Origin: an uncultured delta proteobacterium
Lineage (GTDB): Bacteria; Myxococcota_A; Polyangia; Fen-1088
Reading direction: 5' to 3'
NCBI GenBank assembly: GCA_963755125.1
Contig: CAVWIP010000001.1
Location: 160,001 to 224,000 of the forward strand
DNA: 64,000 nt
The first letter of the stretch is position 1. The number at the start of each line of letters is the position of its first letter. The position numbers and the translations under genes were made by a program. The notes beneath the pieces are model-generated. The model did not search any database. It saw only the letters and a list, made by a program, of their open reading frames with translations, and was not told the origin of the DNA. Below, in pieces: positions 30,775 through 40,488 of the stretch.

Positions 30775-32577
30775 ATGAAATCGTCATTTCTCGCGGCGTG
30801 TGGGTTTGCATCGGCGCTCGTCGCGGGCGGTTGCACCTTCGATTCGAGCCAGCTCCGGGCGCTGGGGCCTGACGGTGGGCTAGGCGGCGCGGCCGGCAAC
30901 GGCGGCTCGGGCATGGCTGGAGCTGGAGGAGGTGGCACGGGCGGAGCCGGCGGCCAGGTGGCCACGGCCGCATGCGTTCCCGGCGCAAGCGTCGGATGCG
31001 CATGCGCCACCGGCCAGCAGGGCGCCCAGACATGCACCTCGGCGGGCACGTTCGCGGCGTGCGTGTGCGCGGCGCCCACGATGGACGCTGGGGGCGTGGG
31101 CGGTAGCGATGGCGCTGCCGCCGGACCACCAGACGCTCCCGTCTCGACCAGCACCGAAACAGGCAGTCCGACGGCGTCAGCTAGCCAAACGAACGCGCAA
31201 ACCGGGATGCAGACGGTATCTGCGAGTCAGACGAGCACGCAAACGGCGACCCAGTCTGGCTCAGCGACTCGGACCCAAACCCTGACAGTGACGGCAACCC
31301 GGTCGGCTTCGAGCAGTCAGAGCAACACGCAGACCGCGACGCAGACGGTATCTGTGGGGGCGATGGGAACAGCTACACAGACGGTCACGACGACGTCGTC
31401 CTCGTCGTCCTTCACCAGAACCGCGACGGCGACCCAAACGGTGTCTATGAGCCAGATGAGCACACAGACGGCGACCTCGTCGGTCTCTGGGACGCAGACT
31501 CAGACGGTAACGAGAACGCAAACGGTGTCCACGATCACGGCTACCGCCACGCAGACGGCGGCGGTGTTGCAAGGAGTCTTTGTGGCGACGGGCAGCATGA
31601 CTGCGCCAAGGGAGTCGCCCACGGCGACGTTATTGCCGAGCGGGAAGGTGCTCATCGCCGGCGGATCGGATGATGGCTTCGGCTCTCTGGCGAGTGCGGA
31701 GCTATACGACCCAGGAACCGGGAAATTTACAGCAACCGGCAGTATGACCGCGGCAAGGGGGTACCACACAGCGACGTTATTGCCGAGCGGGAAGGTGCTC
31801 ATCGCCGGCGGATCGGATGGCTACGGCAATGCTCTCGCGAGCGCGGAGCTATACGACCCAAGCGCCGGGACATTCACGACGACGGGCAGCATGACCGTCG
31901 CGAGAGAAGGCCACACGGCGACGTTGTTGCCCAACGGGAAGGTGCTAATCGCCGGCGGAGAGAATGGCTTCGGCTCTCTGGCGAGCGCGGAGCTATACGA
32001 CCCAAGCGCCGGGACATTCGCAGCAACTCGCTACATGACCGATGTTAGGTATCTTCACACGGCGACGTTATTGGGCAGTGGCAAGGTGCTCATCACCGGC
32101 GGAAGCGCCGGCACCGGCTCTCTCGCGAGCGCGGAGGTATACGACCCAAGCGCTGGGACATTTGCAACAACCGGCAGCATGACCGTGGCAAGGGCGTGGC
32201 ACACGGCGACCTTGCTACCAAGCGGGATGGTCCTCATCGCCGGCGGAGCGTACGGTCTTGGGGGCGCGGAGCTGTACAGCCCAGGAGCCGGGACATTTGC
32301 AGCAACCGGCAGCATGACCGCAGGTAGATATCTCCACACGGCGACGTTGCTGGAGAATGGAAAGGTGCTCATCGCAGGCGGGTGCGGCGCTTTGGGGTGT
32401 GGTGGTGGCGGGGACCTCGCGAGTGCGGAGCTGTACAGCCCAGGAGCCGGGACATTTGCAGCAACCGGCAGCATGACTGCGCCAAGGGAGTTGCACACGG
32501 CGACCTTGTTGCCGAACGGGAAGGTGCTCATCGCCGGCGGGGACAGTGGTCTCGCGAGCGCTGAACTATACCAATAG
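30775..32577 (+). CDS. Kelch-repeat beta-propeller lipoprotein with Gly-, Cys- and Thr/Ser-rich stalk
   Basis: Lipobox LVAGGC, Cys-rich module, TQT-rich linker, seven repeats of [25 protein letters not shown]...AELY. Confidence 0.85.
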   Translation: MKSSFLAACGFASALVAGGCTFDSSQLRALGPDGGLGGAAGNGGSGMAGAGGGGTGGAGGQVATAACVPGASVGCACATGQQGAQTCTSAGTFAACVCAAPTMDAGGVGGSDGAAAGPPDAPVSTSTETGSPTASASQTNAQTGMQTVSASQTSTQTATQSGSATRTQTLTVTATRSASSSQSNTQTATQTVSVGAMGTATQTVTTTSSSSSFTRTATATQTVSMSQMSTQTATSSVSGTQTQTVTRTQTVSTITATATQTAAVLQGVFVATGSMTAPRESPTATLLPSGKVLIAGGSDDGFGSLASAELYDPGTGKFTATGSMTAARGYHTATLLPSGKVLIAGGSDGYGNALASAELYDPSAGTFTTTGSMTVAREGHTATLLPNGKVLIAGGENGFGSLASAELYDPSAGTFAATRYMTDVRYLHTATLLGSGKVLITGGSAGTGSLASAEVYDPSAGTFATTGSMTVARAWHTATLLPSGMVLIAGGAYGLGGAELYSPGAGTFAATGSMTAGRYLHTATLLENGKVLIAGGCGALGCGGGGDLASAELYSPGAGTFAATGSMTAPRELHTATLLPNGKVLIAGGDSGLASAELYQ

Positions 32578-32588
32578 AGCGCCGCCGG

Positions 32589-32731
32589 CTACTCGCCGAC
32601 TTCCTTCAGCACTTCGGCACAGATCCGATCCGAGAGGTACATCCCGCCCCGGCGCAGGTGTTCGAGGGCGTCGCGATATCCAGCTTCAGGGCCAGGAGGG
32701 TCTCATCCGGAATGTTCAATCGAACCACGTG
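32589..32731 (-). pseudogene. Internally deleted UPF0175/DUF3368 toxin-antitoxin remnant
   Basis: Minus strand reads VVRLNIPDETLLALKLD (UPF0175-like start) joined out of frame to RDALEHLRRGGMYLSDRICAEVLKEVGE*, nearly identical to the end of 42005-42490. Confidence 0.8.
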
Positions 32732-32741
32732 GGCCGAAAAA

Positions 32742-32928
32742 CTTTGCCACCAGTTTGCCACGACACCCTACTTTTCGGCGGTTTCAGCCGGAAATCCCCG
32801 GTTCGGAACGGGTTGCTCCCACCGGGCCGAACTCTCTAAGATCCTTCAGAAAACCAGCGCAAGGCCGCGTCGCGCCTGGGTTTTTTCTGAATGAGCTTCG
32901 AGCAGTTCAAGTCCCGATGGGGTCACCA
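32742..32928 (+). repeat. 187-bp right-end att arm plus tRNA-Glu 3' core (copy 1)
   Basis: Colinear without indels with 42797-42983 (offset 10,055); contains the TTTGCCAC pair, a TTCAGAAAACC...GGTTTTTTCTGAA inverted repeat and the core ending CCA. Confidence 0.93.
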
Positions 32929-32974
32929 CTTTTTGCGCTGCTCTTGTCGTGGTTCGTGCGTCGCCGTGGGCTGT

Positions 32975-33039
32975 TTGTGTAAGGCACAGGTTGCACAAGA
33001 ATTCTTGTGTAAACGAATCGTGCGATATGCTTTACACAA
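32975..33039. promoter_or_regulatory. Array of four TTGTGTAA-type half-sites in alternating orientation upstream of fic
   Basis: TTGTGTAA 32975, TTGCACAA 32991, TTGTGTAA 33005, TTACACAA 33032; near-palindrome TTGCACAAGAATTCTTGTGTAA. Confidence 0.55.
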
Positions 33040-33060
33040 ACTCAGCGGATCGTGAGCACA

Positions 33061-34176
33061 ATGAAGCCCGCCCTGCCGTCGAAATTGCCCGCAGCGGACG
33101 TCCAGTGGGAGTCACTTATCCCGGCGCTCGGCAAGGCCAATCGTGCGCTGGCGCGCTACGACGGAATCTTGTTCAGCGTTCCCGACCCCGCGATCTTGCT
33201 GTCGCCCATGACCACGCAAGAGGCGGTGCTTTCGTCGCGCATCGAGGGAACGCAGGCCACGTTGAACGAGGTTCTGAGATTTGAGGCAGGGGACGAGCCC
33301 GAGCAGGAGTCCAGGCGCTTCGATATCCAGGAGATCATCAACTATCGTGCTGCTCTCCGCCGCGCCCAGGAGTCGTTGCGCAGTCGGCCCTTCAACTTGA
33401 ACCTGCTCCTGGATCTTCATGCCCAACTTCTCGACAGCGTTCGCGGGCGCAACAAAGGGCGCGGCCATTTTCGTCGCGTGCAGAACTGGATTGGAAGCGC
33501 GGGCTGCACCATTGAGCAGGCGGACTTCGTGCCCCCCGATCCAATGGTCCTCATGGAGTACCTCGACAACTGGGAGAAGTACTACCACTCGGACCGACCC
33601 GATCCGCTGGTTCAGTTGGCCATCGTGCACGCCCAGTTCGAAATCATCCACCCGTTTCTCGACGGGAATGGACGCATCGGGCGCATCCTGATTCCGCTGT
33701 TCCTGTTCGAGAAACACCTGCTGTCACAGCCTATGTTCTACCTCTCCGCGTACTTCGACCAGCATCGCGACGAGTACGTGGCCCGGCTTCGAGCGCTCGG
33801 TAGTACCGCCCAGTCCTGGAACGCATGGATCGAGTTCTTTCTTGCGGCCGTCGAGGCGCAGGCCCTTCGGAATGCGGACAAGGCTCGCGACATCAAGGCG
33901 CTGTACGACCGTCTGAAATCTCAGGTTATCGAGCTGACCCGTTCGCAGTTCGCGGTGCCTCTGCTCGATGCGCTCTTCGAGACCCCGGTGTTCCCCAGCA
34001 CCCAGGTCCGGCTCCCCGGCCGCAAGCAGCCCAGCCGCCAGGCGGTTGCCCAACTCCTCCGCGTACTGCGCGAGGAGAAGATTCTCAAGGTGGTTCGCGA
34101 AGGCAGCGGGCGGCGAGCTCAGGTGCTTGCGCTGGCCGAGCTGATCAACCTGGCCGAAGGCAGGACCGTCATCTGA
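33061..34176 (+). CDS. Fic/DOC family protein (class II)
   Basis: HPFLDGNGRIGR catalytic motif, SSRIEGT inhibitory motif, C-terminal HTH-like region; alternative GTG start at 33052. Confidence 0.9.
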   Translation: MKPALPSKLPAADVQWESLIPALGKANRALARYDGILFSVPDPAILLSPMTTQEAVLSSRIEGTQATLNEVLRFEAGDEPEQESRRFDIQEIINYRAALRRAQESLRSRPFNLNLLLDLHAQLLDSVRGRNKGRGHFRRVQNWIGSAGCTIEQADFVPPDPMVLMEYLDNWEKYYHSDRPDPLVQLAIVHAQFEIIHPFLDGNGRIGRILIPLFLFEKHLLSQPMFYLSAYFDQHRDEYVARLRALGSTAQSWNAWIEFFLAAVEAQALRNADKARDIKALYDRLKSQVIELTRSQFAVPLLDALFETPVFPSTQVRLPGRKQPSRQAVAQLLRVLREEKILKVVREGSGRRAQVLALAELINLAEGRTVI

Positions 34177-35638
34177 CCGCGGTTGCGCGACGTCGCGGAG
34201 TGCGGGTGGCGGGACTGGACGCGGCTTCGCTGGCGGCGCGGGCGGCGCGGATGCGGGCGAGGAGGGCGGAGGCGGGCTCATAGTCGCGGCCTTCTTGGCG
34301 AGCCAGTTCGGCCTCGGTGGGAACCAGCTCGCCGCGGAAGGCTTTGGCGAGAATCGCCTGGGTGATCTTGTCGGCGCGGGTGGTGGCCGCGGCCACGCGA
34401 GCCTCGATGGCGTCGGCGAGCTTGAACAGGGCGTCCACGCGGCGGACGATTTCGTGCTGCTCGGCGACGGGTGGAACTGGCAACGGCAATCGGCGAAAGT
34501 CCTCCACGTTGTGACCCCCTGTAGCGCGACACCCTTCTTCTCGTCGGTCAGCCACTTCTGGATCTCGGGGCACTGGATGGCCAATACGAGGAATGGGGTG
34601 CGGCTTGTGCCGTCAGGGCTGAAGCGGACAAGATGCTGCGTGATGTTCCCCCCCTCCAGTTCTGGCGGAACCACCGCAACTCGTCCGATTGTTCCGTCCT
34701 TCGAGATCAGGACATCGCCTGCGCGAAGCGTGGCACGCTTGAATAGCGCGGCCCGCTCGGGGGATGTGCGCTTCAGCGACTCCACATCGATCCGGCCGTC
34801 TTTCATCTCCACCACGCGAACGTACGGAACGCCGTTCTCAATGTGGGGACCGGGCTTGATGATTCCGTAGATGATGGGACGGTCCCTGTCACGAAGCTCA
34901 TCCAAGGCCCGCCATGCCCACTCCGCTGGAATCTCGAACAGAGCATCCGCGGCCAAGCCCGAAGACGGCGTGTTCGGTTTCTTCAGGGGTGCGCTTGGAT
35001 GCTGTTCCCCGCCAGCCTTCGGTCAGGCGGCCGGAGCAGGCGGCGGAGAGGATGGATTGGCGGAAGCGTTTCAGGATGGTGGGGACCTTGGCGAGGTGGG
35101 CGCGGGCGGCGTTGACCTGGGCCAGCAGCGCCTCGACCTTCTCGACGATCCGCCGCTGCTCGGCGAGAGGGGGCAGGGGCACGGCGATTTCGGACAGTTC
35201 GCCCTTTCGGATGCTTGGAACTGTCGTGGCCTGGGTGAGTGGCATGAAATCGATCGTCTCCAGAAAACGGAGAAGCCATCGATCCTCGACCGCACCGCCA
35301 GAGATTGCGGCCATCATGTTGTTGTCGATGCATGAGCGGACGCCAATCTGCCGGCGACGATTGAGACGAATTGCCATCCCGATCTTCGCAAAGACAACTG
35401 CGCCAGGCGGAATGATCTTGGCGCCAAGCTGCTGCGCCATTCGCTCGTCGATCGAGTGGGCAGACCTTAGAAGAGGTTCTCCGGAAGGCACCTCGCCGAG
35501 GTTCCCAACCTTGAAGAACGGAAGCGAGCCGTCTGTGCGCCCCTGATGTTCGAGGGGAAAGCCCGCACCGCTAGTCAGGTCGGCAAGATCACCGAGACTT
35601 GTCCCCGCCCACCCTTCCGGCAGTTCCTCCTCGCTCAT
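34169..35638 (-). pseudogene. hsdS: Type I R-M specificity subunit HsdS with two frameshifts
   Basis: LPEGW, PLPPLAEQRRIVEKVE, SILSAACSGRLT in one frame; IPAEW-TRD2 in a second; PVPPVAEQHEIVRRV...ILAKAFRGELV in a third segment; shifts near 35007-35010 and 34510. Confidence 0.85.
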
Positions 35639-37116
35639 CGCGCCGACTTCCCCGCGGCCTTGCCGTTTCCGTTTCCATTCTCCAGCAGCGCCAGCACTTT
35701 GCCGAGATCCGCGACAGCGCCCTGCAATTCCTCGATCGCCTCGCCGGCCAGATCCTCTGGCTCGGCCAAATCGTCGGCATCGTCGATGGATTCTTCTTTC
35801 AGCCACTTGAAGCCATCAAGCTTGAACTGACGATCTTTCACCTCGCTGATGGGGAAGCTGCGCCAGCGATCTTCTTTCGAGTCGGACGGCTTGCGCTTGG
35901 CATTGCCGTTGGGGTCGGCGCCGAAGCACTTGTCGAACTCGGCAAAGTGGGAGGGAACCAGCGGGCGATCCTTCTTGGTGATGCCAGGCACGTTGGTGCG
36001 GGCGTCGTAGATCCAGACGGTTTCGGTGGGGCAACCCTTGGTGAAGAAGACCACGTTGGCTTTCACGCCCTGGCTGTAGGGGGTGAAGGTGCCGCGGGGC
36101 AAGCGCAGGACGGTGTGCAGGTCGGCGTCCTCGGTCAGGATCTTGAACACCTCGCCGGCCTGGTCAGCGAACAGGCAGTTGTCGGGCAGGACCACGGCCG
36201 CGCGGCCACCGGGCTTGAGGATGGTCAGCACGTGCTGGACGAAGTTGAGTTGCTTGTTCGAGGTGGCGACGGTGAAGTCCTCGCGCACGGGATTTTGGTT
36301 GGCGCCCTTGGTGCCGAAGGGCGGATTGGTCAGGATCACGTCGAAGCGGTCGCTTGACGGCGGCTGGTCGATGGAGTCGCCGAGACGAATGGTGGGCTCG
36401 ATGCCGTGCAGGTACAGGTTCATCAGGGCCATGCGGCGCGGGCGCGGGACCAGCTCTTGCCCGTGGTAGGTCGACCGCTTCACCCGCCTGGCCACGTCGC
36501 GGTCGAGGGCGCCGCCCTTGCTTTCGGCGGCCAGCCATTCATAGGCGGAAACCAGAAAGCCGCCCGTGCCGCAGGCCGGATCGCAGATGGTGAAGTCGCG
36601 CGCCTTGCGCGGGTCGGGCTTCATGCAGCGAACGATGGATTGGATGAGCACGCGCGGGGTGAAATACTGGCCCGCGCCTTTCTTGCCCTCGCTGGCGGCC
36701 TTTTCCAGCAAGCCCTCGTAGGCGGCGGCCTTCACGTCCACGCCGAGCTCGGTCCATTCGGTTTCGTCGATGAGGCCGACCAGGCGCTTGAGGTTGACGG
36801 GATTGTTGAAGCGCGACTGCGCGCCCGCGTAGATGTCACCCAGCATGCCGGGCTGCGCGCCCAGGGCGCGCAACGTGTCCACATACTGGTTCACAAGGTC
36901 GTTGCCCGATTGGGAGACCAAGTTTGCCCACGAGCAATCGACGACCTCGACCTTCTTCTGACGCTCGACCTTCAGCTTGGTGAAGTCCAGGCCCTTCTCG
37001 TCGGCCATCTTCAGAAACAGCAGATAGGTGATCTGCTCGATGTAGTCGCCGTAGTCGATGCCGTCGTGGCGCAGGGTATGGCAGAAGCCCCAGAGTTTCT
37101 GAACAACGTCGGTCAT
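35635..37116 (-). CDS. hsdM: Type I R-M N6-adenine methyltransferase subunit
   Basis: GQYFTPR, DPACGTGGF and TNPPFG motifs; ORF intact. Confidence 0.93.
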   Translation of the reverse strand: MTDVVQKLWGFCHTLRHDGIDYGDYIEQITYLLFLKMADEKGLDFTKLKVERQKKVEVVDCSWANLVSQSGNDLVNQYVDTLRALGAQPGMLGDIYAGAQSRFNNPVNLKRLVGLIDETEWTELGVDVKAAAYEGLLEKAASEGKKGAGQYFTPRVLIQSIVRCMKPDPRKARDFTICDPACGTGGFLVSAYEWLAAESKGGALDRDVARRVKRSTYHGQELVPRPRRMALMNLYLHGIEPTIRLGDSIDQPPSSDRFDVILTNPPFGTKGANQNPVREDFTVATSNKQLNFVQHVLTILKPGGRAAVVLPDNCLFADQAGEVFKILTEDADLHTVLRLPRGTFTPYSQGVKANVVFFTKGCPTETVWIYDARTNVPGITKKDRPLVPSHFAEFDKCFGADPNGNAKRKPSDSKEDRWRSFPISEVKDRQFKLDGFKWLKEESIDDADDLAEPEDLAGEAIEELQGAVADLGKVLALLENGNGNGKAAGKSAR

Positions 37117-37127
37117 GTGGACGGGGA

Positions 37128-38769
37128 TTATGCTGCCACGGCGCCGTTCAGGTCACGGATCAAGTGGTCGAAATTCTTGCCGAAGGCGCGGCGGGCAGCG
37201 GCGAGGCCACCGGCGCGGTCGAGAATGGGTAGGATGCCGAAGTCATCCGGTTCGAGGGAAAGGTTCTCGCGCAGGGCTTGGCCGATGCGATCCAGCCAGG
37301 CTTGCTGGTCGGGCGTGAAGGTCTGGCCTGCGGTCAGGCGGGCGAGGGCGCGCGTCACGCGCTCGTCGGGTCTTGGGAAAGCGTCCGAATTCCTGCTCGT
37401 GGGCCAGAGCGTACTTCTTGACCTCGTCGACGATTTTCCGGTTCGAGTCGGGCGCGGTGATTTTGCGCTCGATCTCGGTGGGGTCGAACTGGCGCTCGTC
37501 CTCCAACAGGTCGAGCTGGCGCGCGCCGGTCTCGGTGTCCACGCGCTCGACCTGCTCGCCCTCTTTCAAGAACACGCCAGTCATGCGCACGTCGGAGCGG
37601 ATCGAGGTCAGGTTGTAGTCGACAAGGTGGCCCTCGCTGACTGCCTGCTCGTAGCTGTAATGGAAAACGGGTGCGCCAAAGTAGCCGGTGGTGTGCTTGG
37701 CGGGCGTGGCGGTGAGCCCGATCTTGATGGCGTCGAAGTGGTCGAGCGTGCCGCGCCAGGCGGACAGCTCGGCCGAGGTGTAGCCGCGGTGACATTCGTC
37801 GGCGACGATGAGGTCGAAAGCGTGGATCGGGATGTCTAGGCGATCCACGTCGGTGTCGAATGGCTCGTCGCCCACACCGAAGATGGCGTCGCGGCCGAGC
37901 ACGTTGATCGCCATGCGCTGGATGGTGCAGACGTAGACGAAGGCGTGGCCCGCGTCCGGCGCGGTCAGGTACTCGTTGGGCATCAAGGTGAAGTCGAACT
38001 TTTCGCCTTCGTCGAAGTCCTCGCGCTGGAAGCGGTTGCTGTAGACCTCGTAGACCTGATTGAACTTCTGGCCCGGTTCGGCGTCGAAACTGGAAAACGC
38101 ACGCACCGCCTGCGCCGCCAAGGCGCGCCGGTTGACCAGGAAAAGCACCCGCTTGGCCACGCCCGTCTTCATCAGCCGGTAGACCTGATTCACGACCGTG
38201 AACGTCTTGCCCGTGCGGGTGGCCATGGCAAGCAGCAGGCTGCGCTTGCGCTCGGCGATGGCCCGCTCGGTGGCCGTGTTCGCCTGCCTCTGGTACGGGC
38301 GCAGCCGGTCGCCCGCGTTCGGCAGTTCAAGGAGCCGCCTGCACGCCCCGTCGAAGTCTCGCGAGAGCAGTTCGCCCAGCGCCTCCGGCGTGTGGAAGTC
38401 GGCCACGCGCCGGGATCGGCTCTCCGGGTTGCGCGCGTCCCTGAACCAAATCTGCTCGCCGTTCGTGGAATACAGGAACGGCACGTGGATCCCGTCGAAG
38501 TCGTAAGGGCTAACGGTGAGCCCGCGCGCGTACCGTTCCGCCTGGATGAGGACATTCTGCGGATCCACCGCCGTCTTCTTCGCCTCGACGATGGCCACCG
38601 GCTTGCCGTCGAGGAAAAGCGCATAGTCCGCCGGCCCGTGCGCCGTCTCGTGCTCCTCCGTGCGACAAGCACCGGCGCCTTTCGGGGCCTTCACGCAACG
38701 CCACCCCCGCGCATCGAGCTTTGGGTCGATGCGGGACTTGCGGGTTAGGGATTCAGGGGAGGGGGGCAT
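37128..38769 (-). pseudogene. hsdR: Type I R-M restriction subunit HsdR with internal deletion
   Basis: ADYAL..VEAK nuclease motif, Walker A altered to MATRTGKT, DECHR, GLTATP; after FPKT (about 37370) jumps out of frame to the C-terminal domain, so the second helicase domain is missing. Confidence 0.85.
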
Positions 38770-38955
38770 GGCGCCGTGCCTAGGGAGCGGCCAGCATCAT
38801 ATCGCTTCTGGCCAAGCCGCGCTCGAATGGCGATTTCGCGCCGATGGTGGAGTTTCACGAACCAGCAACAGGCGCTATACTAAGAAATCTTGTTTCCTGG
38901 CTTTGGCGGCCCGCGGACTGTGGGGTCGTCCAACCACACGAGGGACGATGTCCAC

Positions 38956-39972
38956 ATGAGTTCTGACGAGCTTCTTGAGCTAAAGGGTAGTCTGTCGGAT
39001 GAAGGTGCCAGCGTTGAATTGGCCTTGAGCAAAGACGTGCCTGGCGTGCTCGCGCGCGTGTTCCCGAAGTTTGCAGCAAAATCGCGCGCCAGGACTCTGC
39101 TCTCCTCTTTGGTCCTTGAGAAGGTCCAGAAGGGACAGCCTCTGGATTCAGCAGATATCCCCTACGTCATCGCCACGTTTGGAAAGGCCGAGGCCAATTG
39201 GATACGCATGCGAGAGATTGCGATGCGGGCTGCGAAGGCGATTGAAGAGGAGAAGAGAATTCTGGCGCTTCTGCCTTCACCGGAGCCGTCGGCCAAGCCA
39301 GCTGCAACGGCCGACGACTGGATCAGCAAGTTCTGGGAGGATGCCGGTCTGGTCTCTGATGAGGTCCTTCAGGAAGTCTACGGGCGCATTCTTGCGGCCG
39401 AGGCGACAACCCCTGGGACCTGCTCACTTAGAACCCTCCAGGTTCTCAGATACATGGATCGCTCAACAGCCGAGAGCTTCGCGGAGCTCGTGCCCGCCGC
39501 ATTCGATTGGGGGTGGGTTCCGAGAGACGAGAGTCTTCATCATGTTCTCGGTATCAGCTACGAACTTCTCATGGATCTTGACGACGCCGGGCTCGTCGAC
39601 TCGAATCCGAACATCGTACTTTCCGTGACATCCAGCGCCTACGTACCGAGATATGGCACGCTTGCGCTCTTCATGGAGAATGCCGCCGGCCTGGAGATTA
39701 GCGAATACCCGCTGACCCGTGCGGGAAAGGAACTTGCGCGCGTGGCGCAAATTCATCGGCGAGACGAACACTTCTTCGCAGTTGCCCGCTGGCTTCAATC
39801 GAGAAAGGCTGACATGCGGATGAGGTGGGCGCGAGTTCCAACCCCGACCTGGAACGGTGACGTCGATACATTGACCTGGGCGCCATTGCCTGTTGAATCG
39901 CCGAACTCTGCAAGCGCACCTTTCATAGGCAGTCTGGGTTCGAGCGCCAGTGCTGGTGGCGTAGGCTTTTGA
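38956..39972 (+). CDS. DUF2806-like protein
   Basis: DDWISKFWEDAGLVSDEVLQEVYGRILAAEATTPGTCSLRTLQVL resembles the DUF2806 core. Confidence 0.7.
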   Translation: MSSDELLELKGSLSDEGASVELALSKDVPGVLARVFPKFAAKSRARTLLSSLVLEKVQKGQPLDSADIPYVIATFGKAEANWIRMREIAMRAAKAIEEEKRILALLPSPEPSAKPAATADDWISKFWEDAGLVSDEVLQEVYGRILAAEATTPGTCSLRTLQVLRYMDRSTAESFAELVPAAFDWGWVPRDESLHHVLGISYELLMDLDDAGLVDSNPNIVLSVTSSAYVPRYGTLALFMENAAGLEISEYPLTRAGKELARVAQIHRRDEHFFAVARWLQSRKADMRMRWARVPTPTWNGDVDTLTWAPLPVESPNSASAPFIGSLGSSASAGGVGF

Positions 39973-40182
39973 TCTAGCTTCAGCTCCCTGTGAAACTCAT
40001 TTCGGAGGCATCTCCGCCACGTACTTCCTGGTGAGGAGAGCGTTTTCGATCCAATTCGCAGACAGGGTGATCAGACGCTTCAGATCGGTGATGTCCTTGT
40101 CAACCCACCGCCGCTCGTAGTGGACTTGACCCGGTTTGGTGGACACCCTCGCTCAGGAAAATGGGCGTAGAAAGGTGACCAC

Positions 40183-40488
40183 ATGTTGGACAAAGAGAAG
40201 AAGCGATCCCGGCGCATGCACACGCGCGAGTTCAAGGCAGACTTGGTGGCGCTCGTCCGTGCAGGACGCAGCGTCGCGCAGGTAGCAAAGGACTTCAGGG
40301 TGGCAAGCAGCCTGGTGTACCAGTGGGATCGGCAGTCGAGGGTAGACGAGGGCAAGGGCCCTGCTGGCGCCCTGACGACCGCCGAGAAGGAAGAACTTTC
40401 GCATCTGCGTCGCGAGGTGAAAGTCCTCCGCATGGAGCGTGAGATTTTAAAAAGGGCGGCCACCTTCTTCGCCAAGGAGAGCGCGTGA
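40183..40488 (+). CDS. IS3 transposase OrfA
   Basis: HTH (EFKADLV..SVAQVAKDF) and leucine zipper LRMEREILKRAATFFA. Confidence 0.92.
   Translation: MLDKEKKRSRRMHTREFKADLVALVRAGRSVAQVAKDFRVASSLVYQWDRQSRVDEGKGPAGALTTAEKEELSHLRREVKVLRMEREILKRAATFFAKESA

Larger units (their letters stand above)
26522..32928. mobile_element. Island 1: integrative element with tyrosine integrase, Xis, SSB-like protein and HUH rolling-circle Rep, at tRNA-Glu
   Basis: Bounded by direct repeat GTTCAAGTCCCGATGGGGTCAC (26522-26543 and 32905-32926); integrase lies next to the tRNA. Confidence 0.9.

Noticed and set aside
26559..32577. Island 1 as a filamentous prophage (inovirus)
   Set aside because: No Zot/pI ATPase and no cluster of small hydrophobic coat genes is visible.
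31560..32577. Kelch repeats as a diversity-generating retroelement template/variable pair
   Set aside because: No reverse transcriptase in the window, and the differences are not evidently adenine-specific.
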